A DNA stretch of 64,000 nt, taken from NCBI GenBank assembly GCA_042408215.1, contig JAYFMW010000026.1:128001-192000 (forward strand). The letters run 5' to 3'. Positions 62,402 through 64,000 of the stretch are shown piece by piece; the stretch's first letter is position 1, and each line of letters begins with the position of its first letter. The notes under the pieces were generated by a model. The model was not told the origin of the DNA. It did not search any database and was given only the letters and a program-made list of their open reading frames with translations. The DNA is from Microcoleus sp. Lineage in GTDB: Bacteria > Cyanobacteriota > Cyanobacteriia > Cyanobacteriales > Microcoleaceae. The translations under genes were made by a program, and so were the position numbers.

Positions 62402-63235
62402 ATGACTGTTGACAAAGGACTAATAACTAATCACAAACAGCGCGTTGCTCTTGTGATTCAATATCTCGGCACAGACTTTCACGGTTGGCAGCGACAGCCG
62501 AATCAGCGTACAGTACAAGAAGAGATTGAAACAGCAATCTCGAATGTTCTAGAGCGTCCGGTAACGCTGCACGCGGCAGGGAGAACTGATGCGGGAGTTC
62601 ACGCCGCTGCTCAAGTAGCCCATTTTGATGCCCAGGGCCCAATTCCGGCTCACCGCTGGGCAAGCGTTCTCAACTCTCGACTGGCAAAAGATATTTTAAT
62701 TCGAGCTTCGGCAAAGGTGGAACCTACCTGGCACGCTCGGTTCTCAGCCAGTTGGCGGCGCTATCGCTACACCCTTTATACAGACCCGATTCCTAATTTG
62801 TTTGTCCGTCCTTTTGCTTGGCATTATTATCACGCCCCTGTGGATGAATCTTTGATTCAGGCAGCAATGGCACCCCTAATCGGGCGGCACCATCTAGCTG
62901 CTTTCCACCGCGCGGGGTCTGCCCGGCCCCATTCTTGGGTGGACGTGCAAGCGGCAGAGTGTCAGCGTTCTGGGCCTCTGATCTATATCGAGGTTCAGGC
63001 GAGCGGGTTTCTGTACGGGATGATGCGGCTGCTGGTGGGGTTGCTGGTGCAGGTGGGTCGCGGGGAAAGGGCGATCGACAATTTCACAGATATCTGGGTC
63101 AACGAACGCCGAGAAATGGTAAAATATGCCGCCCCTGCTCAAGGTTTGTGCCTGCTGCGGGTTGGCTATCAAGACTTTCCCTTTCCCCCAGAAGTCTGGT
63201 ACGACACTCAGCCAAAATTAGTCATTAGTCAGTAG
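62402..63235 (+). CDS. truA: tRNA pseudouridine(38-40) synthase
   Basis: Y.GTDFHGWQ.Q, AGRTDAGVHA, HARFSA, GFLYGM.R; start uncertain. Confidence 0.96.
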   Translation: MTVDKGLITNHKQRVALVIQYLGTDFHGWQRQPNQRTVQEEIETAISNVLERPVTLHAAGRTDAGVHAAAQVAHFDAQGPIPAHRWASVLNSRLAKDILIRASAKVEPTWHARFSASWRRYRYTLYTDPIPNLFVRPFAWHYYHAPVDESLIQAAMAPLIGRHHLAAFHRAGSARPHSWVDVQAAECQRSGPLIYIEVQASGFLYGMMRLLVGLLVQVGRGERAIDNFTDIWVNERREMVKYAAPAQGLCLLRVGYQDFPFPPEVWYDTQPKLVISQ

Positions 63236-63288
63236 TCATTAGTCAGTAGTCATTAGTCAGTAGTCAGTAGTCAGTAGTCATTAGTCAT

Positions 63289-63359
63289 TAGACATCTCCC
63301 AAAAAGCCTGTCAAGAACAGGCAGGATGCCTGTTCCACAAGAATTATGGGAGATGTCTA
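63289..63359. mobile_element. 71-bp MITE-like element (family C)
   Basis: Near-identical to 3831-3901. Confidence 0.8.
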
Positions 63360-63536
63360 TTAGGTAACTACTAATATAAACTAAGGACAACTGACAACTA
63401 ACAATTAAAAGCTGAAAACTAACAACTGACAACTGACAATTAAAAACTGACAACTAACAATTAAGAACTGACAACTGACAACAGTTAACAGTTAACAGTT
63501 AACAGTTAACAGTTAACAGACAACTCACAACAAACA

Positions 63537-63974
63537 ATGAACAAAACTTACGTCCCTACTCAAGACTCCCTAGAGCACAAGTGGTACGTGGTCGATGCCG
63601 CCGACCAACGGCTCGGCCGTCTGGCCACTGAAGTTGCCACGTACCTTCGCGGTAAACACAAACCGACTTACACTCCTTCTATGGATACTGGCGATTTCAT
63701 AATTGTCATCAATGCCGAAAAGATTGCTGTTACTGGCAAAAAACGCACCCAAAAAATCTATCGTCGCCACTCTGGAAGACCGGGTGGGATGAAAACAGAA
63801 ACTTTTGCCAAATTGCAAGCACGTTTGCCTGAAAGAATTGTCGAAGAAGCGATTCGGGGAATGCTGCCTCACACTTCTCTGGGCAGGCAACTGTTTACTA
63901 AGCTGAAGGTGTACGCTGGGCCTGAGCATCCGCACGCAGCTCAAAAACCAGAAGAGTTAGTCCTTCAAAAATAG
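63537..63974 (+). CDS. rplM: 50S ribosomal protein L13
   Basis: [27 protein letters not shown]. Confidence 0.99.
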   Translation: MNKTYVPTQDSLEHKWYVVDAADQRLGRLATEVATYLRGKHKPTYTPSMDTGDFIIVINAEKIAVTGKKRTQKIYRRHSGRPGGMKTETFAKLQARLPERIVEEAIRGMLPHTSLGRQLFTKLKVYAGPEHPHAAQKPEELVLQK

Positions 63975-64000
63975 GAAATCTCAGAAAAAATACTCTCGTT

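Noticed and set aside
46693..63974. Absence of rpsJ, rpsN, rpmD and rpsD from the S10-spc-alpha cluster
   Set aside because: Normal organisation of the cyanobacterial superoperon
1..64000. CRISPR array
   Set aside because: All repeat clusters are 7-mer tandem tracts, palindromic REP/MITE units or coding repeats; none shows constant repeats with unique equal-length spacers, and no cas genes are present
1..64000. tRNA/rRNA genes
   Set aside because: No cloverleaf or rRNA-like sequence recognised; GGTTCGAC near 58991 lacks the rest of a tRNA
1..64000. High density of GCGATCGC/CGATCG
   Set aside because: Ordinary HIP1 abundance for cyanobacteria

Overview
64-kb chromosomal window from a filamentous cyanobacterium. 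Dense HIP1 (GCGATCGC) sites, heptamer tandem repeats (STRR-type) and gene content suggest Oscillatoriales (Microcoleus/Oscillatoria-like); that assignment is inference. Left: PHP-domain gene, an RTX-type surface protein, the CO2-uptake cluster ndhF4-ndhD4-cupB divergent from the beta-carboxysome operon ccmK2K1LMNO, TPR gene, hemL, hisIE, SLH porin, MFS transporter. Middle: split UPF0016 transporter pair, upp, a probable IsaR1 sRNA, crtH, a RelE/Phd toxin-antitoxin pair abutting a truncated gene, a CBS-PAS-GGDEF-EAL protein, sipA, rbfA, a GH3 hydrolase, sugar ABC ATPase, HD hydrolase, Uma2 nuclease, and thyX (split by a 454-aa HNH intein)-dut-dCMP deaminase. Right: ndhN and the ribosomal protein superoperon from rplC to rplM. 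I found no CRISPR array, tRNA, rRNA or intact transposase, and no clearly new multi-gene protein system. The best leads are non-coding: an orphan IS200/IS605 tnpB 3'-end/omegaRNA-like remnant inside the carboxysome operon, long structured leaders before rplC, infA and rpmJ, inverted heptamer tracts at cistron junctions, nested MITE/REP elements (one in frame inside an enzyme), and a possible IsaR1 site on the hemL RBS. All family calls are by motif recognition; no database search or folding program was run.
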